64,000 nucleotides of DNA from Pseudomonadota bacterium. Lineage in GTDB: Bacteria; Bdellovibrionota_G; JALEGL01; DATDPG01. Both the position numbers and the translations under genes were made by a program. Positions 48,541-58,284 of this stretch are shown in pieces. The stretch's first letter is position 1. The number at the start of each line of letters is the position of its first letter. The DNA lies in NCBI GenBank assembly GCA_043809315.1, contig JAZDDX010000017.1:32001-96000 (forward strand), written 5' to 3'. Under the pieces are notes generated by a model. The model searched no databases. It was not told the origin of the DNA and was given only the letters and a program-made list of their open reading frames with translations.

Positions 48541-49640
48541 AGCAACCGTACGACCGCAGGCTTGCGTCGCACTTCGATTGGCCCCTGTTCGTCTGCACGG
48601 CGCTCATCGTCGCGCTGGGCCTGCTGAATCTCCACAGTGCGACGTTCAACCTGCCGGTCGCGCGCTACTTCCGGTCGCAGTTTCTCTGGGCCGGCATCGG
48701 GTTCCTGTTTCTTTTCTCGATGGTTCTGTTCGACTACCGGCGTCTGACGAGACTCGTCTATCCGTTTTACGGGCTCGTCCTCGTCCTTTTGGTTCTCGTC
48801 ATGCTCAAAGGGCGGACGGCGCAGGGGGCGCAACGGTGGGTTCAGATCGGGCCTCTTTCGATCCAACCGTCCGAGTTGGCGAAGCTGGCGATGGCTCTCT
48901 GTCTTGCCCGGTACTTTCACGCGCGGCGGGAAAAGGGGGCGCTGGGGATCCGGGGATTGCTGATTCCCGGACTCCTGGTCGTCGTTCCGTTCGGTCTCGT
49001 ACTCAAACAGCCGGATCTCGGGACCGCGCTCGTGATCTTGATGACCGCGCTCGCCATGATCCTCTTCATCGGGGTCGAGCGGAGGATCATCGCGGTTGCG
49101 TTGGTCTTGACGGCGCTTTCGGCACCTCTCGTGTGGAAGTATGCGTTGCACGGGTACCAGAAAGACCGCGTGATCACCTTCCTGAATCCCGAAAAGTTCT
49201 CGCAGGGGAAGGGGTATCAGGTGATTCAGTCGATGGTGGCGATCGGCTCGGGAGAATTGACCGGGAAGGGGTATCTCAAAGGGAGTCAGAGCAAGCTCCA
49301 GTTTCTCCCGAAGCAGTACACCGACTTCGTCTTTTCGAACTTCGCCGAGGAGTTCGGTTTCTTAGGTTCGATGATCCTTCTCGGCCTCTATGCCGCCTTC
49401 ACGTTCCTGGGGGTGAACGTCGCCTATACGGCCAAGGAGTCGTTCGGGATGTTGCTGTCGCTCGGGCTCACGTCGTTCATCGCGGGGCAAGCCGCGATCA
49501 ATCTCGGGATGGAGACCGGCGCCCTGCCGGTGGTCGGGGTTGCATTGCCCCTCTTCAGCTACGGAGGGACGTCGCTCCTCACCTCCCTGTTGTCGGTGGG
49601 GATTCTGCTGAACGTTTCGATGCGGCGGTTTATTTTCTGA
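48537..49640 (+). CDS. rodA: SEDS peptidoglycan polymerase RodA
   Basis: GAQRW, IQPSELAK, QPDLGT, GYQVIQS, LPLFSYGG. Confidence 0.96.
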   Translation: MKQPYDRRLASHFDWPLFVCTALIVALGLLNLHSATFNLPVARYFRSQFLWAGIGFLFLFSMVLFDYRRLTRLVYPFYGLVLVLLVLVMLKGRTAQGAQRWVQIGPLSIQPSELAKLAMALCLARYFHARREKGALGIRGLLIPGLLVVVPFGLVLKQPDLGTALVILMTALAMILFIGVERRIIAVALVLTALSAPLVWKYALHGYQKDRVITFLNPEKFSQGKGYQVIQSMVAIGSGELTGKGYLKGSQSKLQFLPKQYTDFVFSNFAEEFGFLGSMILLGLYAAFTFLGVNVAYTAKESFGMLLSLGLTSFIAGQAAINLGMETGALPVVGVALPLFSYGGTSLLTSLLSVGILLNVSMRRFIF

Positions 49641-49643
49641 AAA

Positions 49644-49976
49644 CTAGATCGCCTTCTTGATCAGGCGCTCGATGTTCTCTTTCGGCACGGCGCCGACGAC
49701 TTGATCCAGGATCTTACCATCCTTGAACAGGATCAGCGTCGGGATCCCGCGGATCCCGTATTGCGTCGGCACCGCAGGGTTGCTGTCGATGTCGAGCTTC
49801 CGGAACTGGATCTTGTCCTTATAAGTTCCGGCGAGTTCCTCGACCACCGGGGCAATCGCGCGGCACGGCGCGCACCAGGCGGCCCAGAAGTCGACCAGCG
49901 TCGGCTTGCTCGCCTTGAGAACCTCTTTCTGGAACGCAGCGTCGGTTACAGGAGCTACCAATTTGTCGTCTGCCAT
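49644..49976 (-). CDS. trxA: Thioredoxin
   Basis: VDFWAAWCAPC, GIRGIPTL; true start at ATG 49976. Confidence 0.95.
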   Translation of the reverse strand: MADDKLVAPVTDAAFQKEVLKASKPTLVDFWAAWCAPCRAIAPVVEELAGTYKDKIQFRKLDIDSNPAVPTQYGIRGIPTLILFKDGKILDQVVGAVPKENIERLIKKAI

Positions 49977-50051
49977 AAGTCGCGGCAAGCTAGAAGAAAA
50001 CCTAGAGGGTGTCAACCGCTGTGATACCCTGCGACACCTGACGGAACCCGT

Positions 50052-51590
50052 ATGCCGCCTGAGGAACAGAGTGTAGGCAATCTTTCGGATCGGCCCCTGC
50101 CGCATCTCCTGTTGTGGGTCTATCAGACCTCGTTTTCGGGGGTTCTGGTGCTCGCCCGGGAAGATGTGAAAAAGTCGATCGTCTTCGAGAAAGGGAAGAT
50201 CGTTGCCGCCCGTTCGAACGTTCCGACGGAGGTTCTGAGCGCGCTCCTGTTGGAAGAGGGGAAGCTCACGCCTGAACAGCTCCGGACATCCCTCGAAAAA
50301 ATCCACGGCAAGGAGACGATGCGCCAGGGGGAGATCCTGATTCAGATGGGGGTCATCGATCACGCGGGCTTGAACGAAGTGCTTCAAAGGCAGCTCTTGC
50401 GGAGAATCCACGAGACCTTCAGCTGGCCGGAGGGGAGGTACGGGTTCGTCGCGAAGATCCCGGAAGATACCTCGAGGATCTCGATCGACATGCGGATTCC
50501 GGAGATTTGTTACCGTGGACTGTTCCAGCGGTACAAGGGATCGAAGGAGGCGGCCGATCTCCAGGATACGGTGACGCCGAACTTCGTTGGCGGGCAGAAC
50601 TGGAACATCACGGATCTCCGTCTGGTCGGCCGGGAGATGGGGGTCCATCGGGTGATCAACGGGCTCGCGACCCTCGCCCAGATCGCGGAACGATCGAAGA
50701 CCGAAATCGATACCGTTCGGGCCATGCTTCTCTCGCTTCGGGACTTGGGGCTGGTCCGTCTGACGAGCGAGGATCGTATGCAAGTGCAGTCCGATTTCGT
50801 GCGCCGGGGGCAGCCCCTCGGTCCTGCGGGAGGGGCGGCGGCCGACACCGCGGCGATGGCGGAGGTGATGAAACTCCTCAAGGCGTTCGAAGGGAAGAAT
50901 CACTTCGAGGTGCTGGGGATTCCGCGGACCGCAAGCCTGCCCGACATCAAGGCCGCATACTTCACCCTGGCCAAGAAGCTCCACCCGGACCGGGTCGGCG
51001 TTCCTTCGGGTACGCCTGAGAGGAAGATGGTCGAGGACCTCTTCACCCGGATCACGGAAGCACAAAGCATTCTGGCTAACGACGTTTCCCGGAAGGAGTA
51101 CATGGCCTCCCTCGATCTCGCCGCGTCCGGAGCCGCGGGTGGCGCGGAGGCAGCTCATGTCCTTAATTCGGAACTCGCCTTCCAGAAGGGGGGCATTCTG
51201 ATCAAGAAAGGGGATTTCGCCGGTGCGATCGATCTTTTAAAGGAAGCGACGAGGCTGTACGACAAGGAACCGGAGTATTTTGTCTCTCTCGGCTGGGCGC
51301 TCTATCGGCAAGGGTCGAAGACGAAGGACCCAGCCAAGATGAAGGAAGGGAAAGCGGAGATCGAGAAGGCGTTGGTTCAAAACGCTCGGCTGAATCAGGC
51401 CCAATACTACCTGGGCCTGATCGCCAAAGCGGAGGGGAACCTCGAAAAGGCGAAGAAGCAGTTCGAGAAGACGATCGAACTGAATCGCCGGCATACCGAG
51501 GCCGCTTCGGAGCTTCGGGTCATGAACATGCGCGAATCGAAAGAACCGCAGAGTAAATTCAAAGGGCTGTTCAAGAAGAAAGAGGAGTGA
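50052..51590 (+). CDS. DUF4388 + DnaJ (HPD) + TPR protein
   Basis: GNLSDRPLPHLL..FSWPEGRYGF, NHFEVLGI..LHPDR J-domain, C-terminal TPRs. Confidence 0.85.
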   Translation: MPPEEQSVGNLSDRPLPHLLLWVYQTSFSGVLVLAREDVKKSIVFEKGKIVAARSNVPTEVLSALLLEEGKLTPEQLRTSLEKIHGKETMRQGEILIQMGVIDHAGLNEVLQRQLLRRIHETFSWPEGRYGFVAKIPEDTSRISIDMRIPEICYRGLFQRYKGSKEAADLQDTVTPNFVGGQNWNITDLRLVGREMGVHRVINGLATLAQIAERSKTEIDTVRAMLLSLRDLGLVRLTSEDRMQVQSDFVRRGQPLGPAGGAAADTAAMAEVMKLLKAFEGKNHFEVLGIPRTASLPDIKAAYFTLAKKLHPDRVGVPSGTPERKMVEDLFTRITEAQSILANDVSRKEYMASLDLAASGAAGGAEAAHVLNSELAFQKGGILIKKGDFAGAIDLLKEATRLYDKEPEYFVSLGWALYRQGSKTKDPAKMKEGKAEIEKALVQNARLNQAQYYLGLIAKAEGNLEKAKKQFEKTIELNRRHTEAASELRVMNMRESKEPQSKFKGLFKKKEE

Positions 51591-51593
51591 CGC

Positions 51594-52406
51594 GTGCTCG
51601 CCTTCGAGATCACCACCACCACGGCGTACTTGATCGCCACGATCTTTCTGTCGGTCGACCTCGTCCGGCGGGAGTCTCGGTACCGGCAGCCGTTTCTCTG
51701 GCTTCTCTTTCTCGGTTTCGCGTTTTCGACGATCGATCTGATCCTCCACTCGATTCATGCGGTCCGCGGGGGATTTCTGCCGTTCTCGGGTGCCCCCCGA
51801 TCGTTGTCGATGCTCTCCTGGATGCTGATCGTGATCGTTCTCTACACGCAAGCGAAAGAGCGTTGGTTTCCGGTCTCGGCGCTCCTGACCCCCATCGCGT
51901 TCGTTTCTTCGCTCCTGGCGTTGTTCCAGCATGAATCGATGGAACCGGTGCGTGGGGAGACCACCACCGCGGTCTTTGTCCTGCATGTGGCGGTCCTCCT
52001 CTTCGGGATCGGATGTGTCTGTCTGGCGTTCTGTTCGGCGCTTCTCTACCTGGTCCAGCAACGGGAGCTCAAATCGAAGCATGTCGGCCGTCTTCTGGCC
52101 CTTCTGCCGCCGCTCGAAGTCCTCGATCGGACGGCGCTGCGCTCGATGATTCTCGGAGTCGTGTTACTGACGATCGGGAACGCCACGGGGATCTATCTCG
52201 CGCACGTGTACTGGAAGACCGAATGGCTTTCGCAGAAGAAGTTCGTGTTTTCAATGCTGACCTGGTGGTGGTTCGTCATCTCCCTCGGCGTGCGGTATCT
52301 CGTGGGATGGCGGGGAGGGCGTTTCTTCGCCCTGATCGTCGTCGGCTTCATCTTCCTTCTTTTCACCCTCGCCCTTTCGGTGCTCCGGACTTGGCCATGG
52401 ATTTAG
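51594..52406 (+). CDS. ccsA: Cytochrome c assembly (CcsA/HemX-like) membrane protein
   Basis: Polytopic; LHV..LYLVQQRELK.K..LPPLEVLD, W..QKK..GWRG; upstream of hemA. Confidence 0.82.
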   Translation: MLAFEITTTTAYLIATIFLSVDLVRRESRYRQPFLWLLFLGFAFSTIDLILHSIHAVRGGFLPFSGAPRSLSMLSWMLIVIVLYTQAKERWFPVSALLTPIAFVSSLLALFQHESMEPVRGETTTAVFVLHVAVLLFGIGCVCLAFCSALLYLVQQRELKSKHVGRLLALLPPLEVLDRTALRSMILGVVLLTIGNATGIYLAHVYWKTEWLSQKKFVFSMLTWWWFVISLGVRYLVGWRGGRFFALIVVGFIFLLFTLALSVLRTWPWI

Positions 52407-53680
52407 TGATTCTGGGCTTGAGCCACCACACCGCGCCCCTCCACGTGCGGGAGCGATTCGACTTCTCGAAACACGCGAGCGAAACGTACCTTCCGCGCCT
52501 GTCGGGACTGGATTCCGTCCGCTCCGGGATGGTTCTCTCCACCTGCAACCGGGTCGAGGTCTATGCGGCCGGCGTAGGGGAGGATGAGCTGATCCGCGAT
52601 GCGGAGGGGTTCCTGAAAACGTTCCACAAACTCGACGAGAAAGAGGTGCGGCCGTATCTCTACACGCGGGTCAACCGGGAGGCGGTCCGGCACCTGTTCC
52701 GCGTCGCCGCCAGTCTCGACTCCCTCGTCGTCGGCGAGCCGCAGATCCTGGGACAGGTGAAGGAGGCGTACTTCGACGCCTCGGCACTCTCGCTCACCGA
52801 CCCGTTCTTCGATCGTCTCCTGCAACGGACCTTTTTCGTCGCGAAAAAGATCCGCAACGAGACCGGCATCGCGGAGCACGCGGTCTCGGTCAGTTACGCG
52901 GCGGTCGAGTTGGCGGAAAAGATCTTCGGCGACCTCACCGGGAAACAGGTGATGATTCTCGGAGCCGGGGAGATGGCGGAGCTGGCGGCCCGGCATCTGA
53001 AACGCCAGGGGGTGGAGGAAATCTTCTTCGCCAACCGCTCTCTCGATCACTCGGTCGAGCTGTCCAAGGAGTACGGCGGGACGCCGATTCCGCTCGCCGA
53101 GTTTCAGCGGCATCTTGCCACCGTCGACATCCTGATCGTCTCGACCGCGGCACCACATTATCTCGTCACGTTCAACCCGGTCGAGAAAGTGATGGAGGAA
53201 CGGAAACAGACGCCGATGTTCATCATCGACATCTCCGTTCCCCGGAACGTCGATCCGAAGGTCCACGAACTCGAGAACGTCTACCTCTACAACATCGACG
53301 ATCTCGAAGGGGTGGTTCAAGAGAACCGCTCGGTGCGCGTCCGCGAAGCGGAGAAGGCGGAGGCGATCGTGGAAGCGGAAGTCGAACGGTTCTTCGAGAC
53401 GGTCGAGCGGCTCCGGGTCGCGCCGGTGATCCAGAAGCTTCAGGAAAAATACGAAGGGGTCCGGACACGCGAACTGGAGCGGTTGAAGAAGAATCTGCCG
53501 GAGCTACCGCAAACTCACCTGGAGGAGATCGACCGGGCCACGTCGTATCTCGTCAAGAAGGTGCTGAACGACCCGATCGTCTTCCTGGGGGCGCAACAAT
53601 CGAAGAAAAATGCGACCGATCTGGTCGAGATGTTCCTCAGGATCTTCAGGATCGGGAAGGACGAGGAGGAGGAAGAATGA
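52397..53680 (+). CDS. hemA: Glutamyl-tRNA reductase
   Basis: GLSHHTAPL.VRE, STCNRVE, GEPQILGQVK, GAGEMA, DISVPRN; start at ATG 52397. Confidence 0.97.
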   Translation: MDLVILGLSHHTAPLHVRERFDFSKHASETYLPRLSGLDSVRSGMVLSTCNRVEVYAAGVGEDELIRDAEGFLKTFHKLDEKEVRPYLYTRVNREAVRHLFRVAASLDSLVVGEPQILGQVKEAYFDASALSLTDPFFDRLLQRTFFVAKKIRNETGIAEHAVSVSYAAVELAEKIFGDLTGKQVMILGAGEMAELAARHLKRQGVEEIFFANRSLDHSVELSKEYGGTPIPLAEFQRHLATVDILIVSTAAPHYLVTFNPVEKVMEERKQTPMFIIDISVPRNVDPKVHELENVYLYNIDDLEGVVQENRSVRVREAEKAEAIVEAEVERFFETVERLRVAPVIQKLQEKYEGVRTRELERLKKNLPELPQTHLEEIDRATSYLVKKVLNDPIVFLGAQQSKKNATDLVEMFLRIFRIGKDEEEEE

Positions 53681-54609
53681 AGGCGCTTCGCATGGGGAGC
53701 CGGGGGAGCAAACTGGCGCTGGTCCAGACCCACGAAGTCCAACAGACCCTGACCAAAGCCCACCCGGGAATTTCGGTCTCCATTCAGGTGATCAAGACGA
53801 TCGGCGATCGGGAGTCGGAGGTCCCGTTCTCCGCGATCGGTGCCAAGGGGGTTTTCACGAAGGAGTTGGACGAGGCGTTGCTTGCGGAACGGATCGACTG
53901 CGCGACCCATTCCCTTAAAGATCTTCCCTCGGATCTGACGAAAGGGGTCAAATTGGCGGCGGTCAGCGCCTGCATCGACCCGCGGGACGCTCTCGTCTCG
54001 CGCGACAACGTAAAGTTTTCGCGTTTGCCGGAAGGGAGCCGGATCGGAACCTCGAGTCTGCGGCGGGCCGCGCTCTTAAAAAGGATCCGCCCCGATCTCG
54101 TCATTACGGAGTTGCGCGGGAATGTCGACACCCGGCTCAGGAAGCTGGACGAGGGGCAGGTCGACGCGATCGTTTTGGCGGCGGCGGGCCTGAAAAGGCT
54201 CGGGCTCGGGAGTCGGGTCACTGAATTCCTTGATCCGCACGATTTCGTCCCGGCGATCGGACAGGGGCTTCTCGCGATCGTCTGCCGGGCGAAAGACTTC
54301 GAGACTCAGAAGTTGCTGGCCGTGTTGGACGATCCGTCGAGCCATCGGATGGCGGACGCCCAAAGGCTCTTCATGGCGGCGATGGAGGGGGGGTGCCGGG
54401 TTCCGCTCGGCTGCTACGCCGAGGAGACCGGCGATCGGGTCCGTCTGATCGGCTTTCTCGCTACCCCGGACGGAAAGCGGGAGATCCGCGAGTCGGTGGA
54501 GGGGACGATTTCGCAGGTCAAGGTGTTGGCGGAGAATCTCGCCCAGCGGATCCTCAAAAAAGGAGGGGACGAAATCCTCCGTGGCCTGCGTGCCGAGGTC
54601 CGGAGTTGA
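53677..54609 (+). CDS. hemC: Hydroxymethylbilane synthase
   Basis: GSRGSKLAL.Q, KGVFTKEL, HSLKDLP, GTSSLRR, LRGNVDTRL, EGGC. Confidence 0.97.
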   Translation: MKALRMGSRGSKLALVQTHEVQQTLTKAHPGISVSIQVIKTIGDRESEVPFSAIGAKGVFTKELDEALLAERIDCATHSLKDLPSDLTKGVKLAAVSACIDPRDALVSRDNVKFSRLPEGSRIGTSSLRRAALLKRIRPDLVITELRGNVDTRLRKLDEGQVDAIVLAAAGLKRLGLGSRVTEFLDPHDFVPAIGQGLLAIVCRAKDFETQKLLAVLDDPSSHRMADAQRLFMAAMEGGCRVPLGCYAEETGDRVRLIGFLATPDGKREIRESVEGTISQVKVLAENLAQRILKKGGDEILRGLRAEVRS

Positions 54610-55391
54610 GCGGGCCTCTCTTTGGAAAGCGGATCGTCGTTACCCGATCCCCCGATCAGGCGGGGGAACTTTCGGAACTGATTCGGAAAGCGGGGGCCGT
54701 CCCGATCGAAATTCCGACGATCGCGTTCGCCCCTCCCGCCGACTGGAGTCCGGTCGACCGGACGATCCGGATGCTCTCGAATTACGATCTGATCGTTTTT
54801 ACCAGCCGCAATGCCGTCCGTTTCTTCCGGGACCGCCTCGCCGCCAAAGGGATCGAGAGGGTTCCCTCGTCGATTCGGGTTGCGGCGGTCGGAACGAAGA
54901 CGGCCGAGGCTGCGGCGGAACTCTGCGACGACTTACCGCTGGTGCCGGAGCACCCGATGGCGGCGGAAGAGCTGATCGATCTCCTGCGGGATCGATTTGA
55001 GTCGCTGAAGGGGGTTCGGGTTCTCTTCCCCCGGGCCGAAAAAGGGCGGGAAGTTCTTCCCGAGTTTCTCCGGAAGGAGAAGGCGAACGTAGAGGTGGTG
55101 ACGGTCTACCGCACGGTTCCGATCTCGGAAGGGAAGGAACGCCTCCGAGGGTTGATGGCGGTCGGGATGGCCGATTGGATCACGTTCGCTTCGGGTTCGG
55201 CGGTGGACGGGTTTTTGGCCCTGGCCTCCCGCAAGACGATCCAGGCATGGATCGGGTCGAAGAAGATCCGGATCGCGAGCATCGGGCGGGTGACGAGCAA
55301 GGCCCTCGAAAAGCACGGGTTTTCGGTCGATGCCGAGCCGGGGACCGCGACGATCGGGGCGATGGTTGAAGCGATGTCCAAGGTGGGGTAA
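54606..55391 (+). CDS. hemD: Uroporphyrinogen-III synthase
   Basis: GKRIVVTR..QA, FTSRNAV, AVG.KTA, VYRT, FASGSAV, SIG.VT; TTG start overlapping the hemC stop. Confidence 0.92.
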   Translation: MSGPLFGKRIVVTRSPDQAGELSELIRKAGAVPIEIPTIAFAPPADWSPVDRTIRMLSNYDLIVFTSRNAVRFFRDRLAAKGIERVPSSIRVAAVGTKTAEAAAELCDDLPLVPEHPMAAEELIDLLRDRFESLKGVRVLFPRAEKGREVLPEFLRKEKANVEVVTVYRTVPISEGKERLRGLMAVGMADWITFASGSAVDGFLALASRKTIQAWIGSKKIRIASIGRVTSKALEKHGFSVDAEPGTATIGAMVEAMSKVG

Positions 55392-55400
55392 GGAGGGCGC

Positions 55401-56363
55401 ATGACCGAACCGTTTTTCCGAGGGCGCCGTTTGCGCATGACCGATTCGATCCGCGCCTTGGCGCGGGAAACCTTCGTCGAGCCCCGGGACCTGATCCAGG
55501 GGATGTTCGTGATCGACGGAAAGGGGAAGAAGATCCCGATCGACGCCATGCCAGGGATCGACCGTCTCTCGGTCGACCATCTCCGTTCGGAGATCGACGA
55601 AATCCGCGAAGCGGGGGTTCCGGCGGTTCTCCTGTTCGGGGTTCCGGACGAGAAAGACGTGAAGGCGACGGGGGCCTGGAAAGAGGGGAACCTGGTTCAA
55701 CGGGCCGTTTCGGAAATCAAGAAGCACGATCCGGAAATGGTGGTGGTGACCGACGTCTGTCTCTGCGCTTATACCGATCACGGCCACTGCGGACATTTGA
55801 AAGACGGCATGATCGACAACGACTCGTCGCTCGAGACGATCGCGAGGATGGCTCTTTCGCACGCGCAGGCGGGGGCGGACATCGTGGCCCCCTCCGACAT
55901 GATGGACGGCCGGGTCGGGGCGATTCGACAGATGTTGGATAAGAACGGGTTTGCGTACACGCCGATCCTTTCGTACGCGGCGAAATACTCCTCCTCGTTC
56001 TACGGTCCGTTCCGGGAGGCAGCGAAGTCGGCGCCGAAATCGGGGAACCGGAAGAGCTATCAGATGGATTCGGCGAACGTCCGGCAGGCGATGCGGGAGA
56101 TCGAGGCCGATATCAACGAGGGGGCCGATCTGGTGATGGTGAAGCCGGCTCTTGCCTATCTCGACGTGATCCGCGCGGCGAAGGAACGGTTCGACGTCCC
56201 GATCGTCGCCTACAACGTGAGCGGCGAATACTCGATGGTCAAAGCGGCCGCCCAGCGGGGATGGGTCGACGAGAAAGCGATCACGACGGAGATCCTAACG
56301 GCGATCAAACGCGCCGGCGCCGACAAGATCATCACCTACTTCGGGAAGACGTTCCGATCGTAG
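55401..56363 (+). CDS. hemB: Porphobilinogen synthase
   Basis: DVCLCAYTDHGHCG, APSDMMDGRV, FYGPFR, MVKP, YNVSGEY. Confidence 0.97.
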   Translation: MTEPFFRGRRLRMTDSIRALARETFVEPRDLIQGMFVIDGKGKKIPIDAMPGIDRLSVDHLRSEIDEIREAGVPAVLLFGVPDEKDVKATGAWKEGNLVQRAVSEIKKHDPEMVVVTDVCLCAYTDHGHCGHLKDGMIDNDSSLETIARMALSHAQAGADIVAPSDMMDGRVGAIRQMLDKNGFAYTPILSYAAKYSSSFYGPFREAAKSAPKSGNRKSYQMDSANVRQAMREIEADINEGADLVMVKPALAYLDVIRAAKERFDVPIVAYNVSGEYSMVKAAAQRGWVDEKAITTEILTAIKRAGADKIITYFGKTFRS

Positions 56364-56958
56364 ATTCGATCTCCTCCCAGGAAATCGGGCCCGAACGCAG
56401 CAACTTGGGGGCATTTCCCCCCGACAACTCGATCACTGTCGAGGCCTGTCCACCCGGGGTGGATCCGCCATCCAGAACGCAGAGATCGGCATTCCGGAAA
56501 TAGTTAACAACCTCCGTGGCAGTCCTTGCCGATGGTTTTCCACCGGGGTTCGCACTGGTCGTCGTGATGCAACCGCCGAACCCTTTCACCAATTTGCTCG
56601 CCAGTGGGTGTCCGGTGACGCGGAACCCGACGCCGCCGTCCCGGTTCATGAGCTCGGAGGGGAGCCCCGAAGCGGGGAGAACAATTGTCAGAGCGCCGGG
56701 CCAGTATTGATTGACCAGCTTTCGTACATTCGGCGGGGTCGGCGTGACGTATTTGCCGAGCGAACGGACATCGGGAAGGAGAATCGGGAACGGCTTGAAC
56801 GGCGGCCGGTTCTTCAAGACGAAGAGCGCGCGAAGCGCTTCTCCGTTCGTCGCGTCGACCCCCAAGCCGTAGAAGGTTTCCGTCGGGTAGGCCACCACTT
56901 TTCCCGCTTGGAGCGCCTCGATCGCCGTTTGAAGATCCTTGGTGACCGTGACGCTCAT
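56332..56958 (-). CDS. tsaC: L-threonylcarbamoyladenylate synthase (YrdC/Sua5 domain)
   Basis: YPTETFYGLG, LK.RP..KP, WPGALT, TSAN. Confidence 0.93.
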   Translation of the reverse strand: MSVTVTKDLQTAIEALQAGKVVAYPTETFYGLGVDATNGEALRALFVLKNRPPFKPFPILLPDVRSLGKYVTPTPPNVRKLVNQYWPGALTIVLPASGLPSELMNRDGGVGFRVTGHPLASKLVKGFGGCITTTSANPGGKPSARTATEVVNYFRNADLCVLDGGSTPGGQASTVIELSGGNAPKLLRSGPISWEEIESTIGTSSRSR

Positions 56959-58238
56959 TTTCTTACCTCCGGGCGAAGCACCCGCCAGCCGATATCGTTC
57001 CGAAACACTTTGCCATCATAACGGATGCGATCGGCAGCTCGATACGCTTTTTCCGCCGCCTCCTTGAGAGTCGGTGCGAGCGCGGTGACCGTCAGCACCC
57101 GTCCCCCGGATGTGACGATCCGGTCTCCGTCCAATCGGGTCCCGGCGTGAAAGAGAAAGGCCTCTTTTTCGGCCTCCGCAAGCCCTTCGATCGTGGCCCC
57201 GGTTTTCGACGCGGCCGGATACCCGGCTAAGGCGAGAACCACCCCGATCGCTGCATCGGCGGTCCAGGTCGGTGTGATTCCGATGAGTCGCCGTCGCGCC
57301 GCTGCGAGCAAAAGCTCGGCGAGGTCGCTTGTAAGCCTTGGGAGGATCACCTGCGTTTCGGGATCCCCGAACCGGACGTTGAACTCCAACACCTTCGGCC
57401 CGGCCGGCGTGATCATGAGGCCGACGTACAGAACGCCGCTGAACGGATTTTTCCGCGCGGCCATCGTTTCGAGCAGCGGCCGGACCACCCGTGCCTCACA
57501 AAGCTTTTGCATTGTTGCATCGAAGATCGGGGCCGGAGAATACGCCCCCATCCCGCCGGTGTTGGGCCCCCGTTCGCCGTCGTTGAGTCGTTTGTGGTCC
57601 TGGGCGGAAACGAGCGGGATGTAATGGGTGCCGTCCGCGATCACGAGGAACGACACCTCTTCCCCCTCGAGAAACTCTTCCGCCACGAGGGTTGCGCCGG
57701 CATCCCCGAAGATCCGCTTTCCCATTACGGCTGTGACGAAACGACGGGCATCCTCAGGACCCGGGCAGATCGCGACCCCTTTTCCCGCCGCCAATCCGTC
57801 CGCTTTGAGAACGACGGGGTAGGGGCATCGGCGGAGATAGGCGAGAGCCTCCGCTTCCGAGTGCAAGGCCTGGAATGACGCGGTCGGGATCTTGGCCTCT
57901 GCCATGATCTCTTTGGCGAACTGTTTGGATGACTCGAGGCGCGCCGCCTCTTTTGAAGGCCCGAAGATGTCCAACCGTCTCTCCCGGAACCGGTCGACGA
58001 TTCCGTCGGCGAGAGGCCCCTCGGGTCCGACCACGGTCAGATCAACCCCCTCGGTCGAGGCAAAAGTGGCGAGTGCGTGAAGGTCGGCGGACCCGAGTGC
58101 GATGTTCCGATTTTTCTCGATCTGGGCCGTGCCGGGATTGCCCGGGGCCGTGAAGATCCGCTCCACCGTCGGGCTCAAGGAGAGCGCTCGGCAGATTGCA
58201 TGCTCGCGCCCGCCGTTACCGATCAAGAGAATGCGCAT
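56955..58238 (-). CDS. purD: Phosphoribosylamine-glycine ligase
   Basis: GNGGREHA, KADGLAAGKGV, QDHKR, GPNTGGMGAY, EFNVRFGDPE. Confidence 0.97.
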   Translation of the reverse strand: MRILLIGNGGREHAICRALSLSPTVERIFTAPGNPGTAQIEKNRNIALGSADLHALATFASTEGVDLTVVGPEGPLADGIVDRFRERRLDIFGPSKEAARLESSKQFAKEIMAEAKIPTASFQALHSEAEALAYLRRCPYPVVLKADGLAAGKGVAICPGPEDARRFVTAVMGKRIFGDAGATLVAEEFLEGEEVSFLVIADGTHYIPLVSAQDHKRLNDGERGPNTGGMGAYSPAPIFDATMQKLCEARVVRPLLETMAARKNPFSGVLYVGLMITPAGPKVLEFNVRFGDPETQVILPRLTSDLAELLLAAARRRLIGITPTWTADAAIGVVLALAGYPAASKTGATIEGLAEAEKEAFLFHAGTRLDGDRIVTSGGRVLTVTALAPTLKEAAEKAYRAADRIRYDGKVFRNDIGWRVLRPEVRK

Positions 58239-58284
58239 CGGAATGAGCGACGGTAGCGGCCGGGTCCGGTCAAGTCAACTCATG

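Noticed and set aside
49644-51158. 504-aa thioredoxin fusion
   Set aside because: The N-terminal extension is the antisense shadow of the DUF4388-DnaJ gene; the real Trx starts at 49976.
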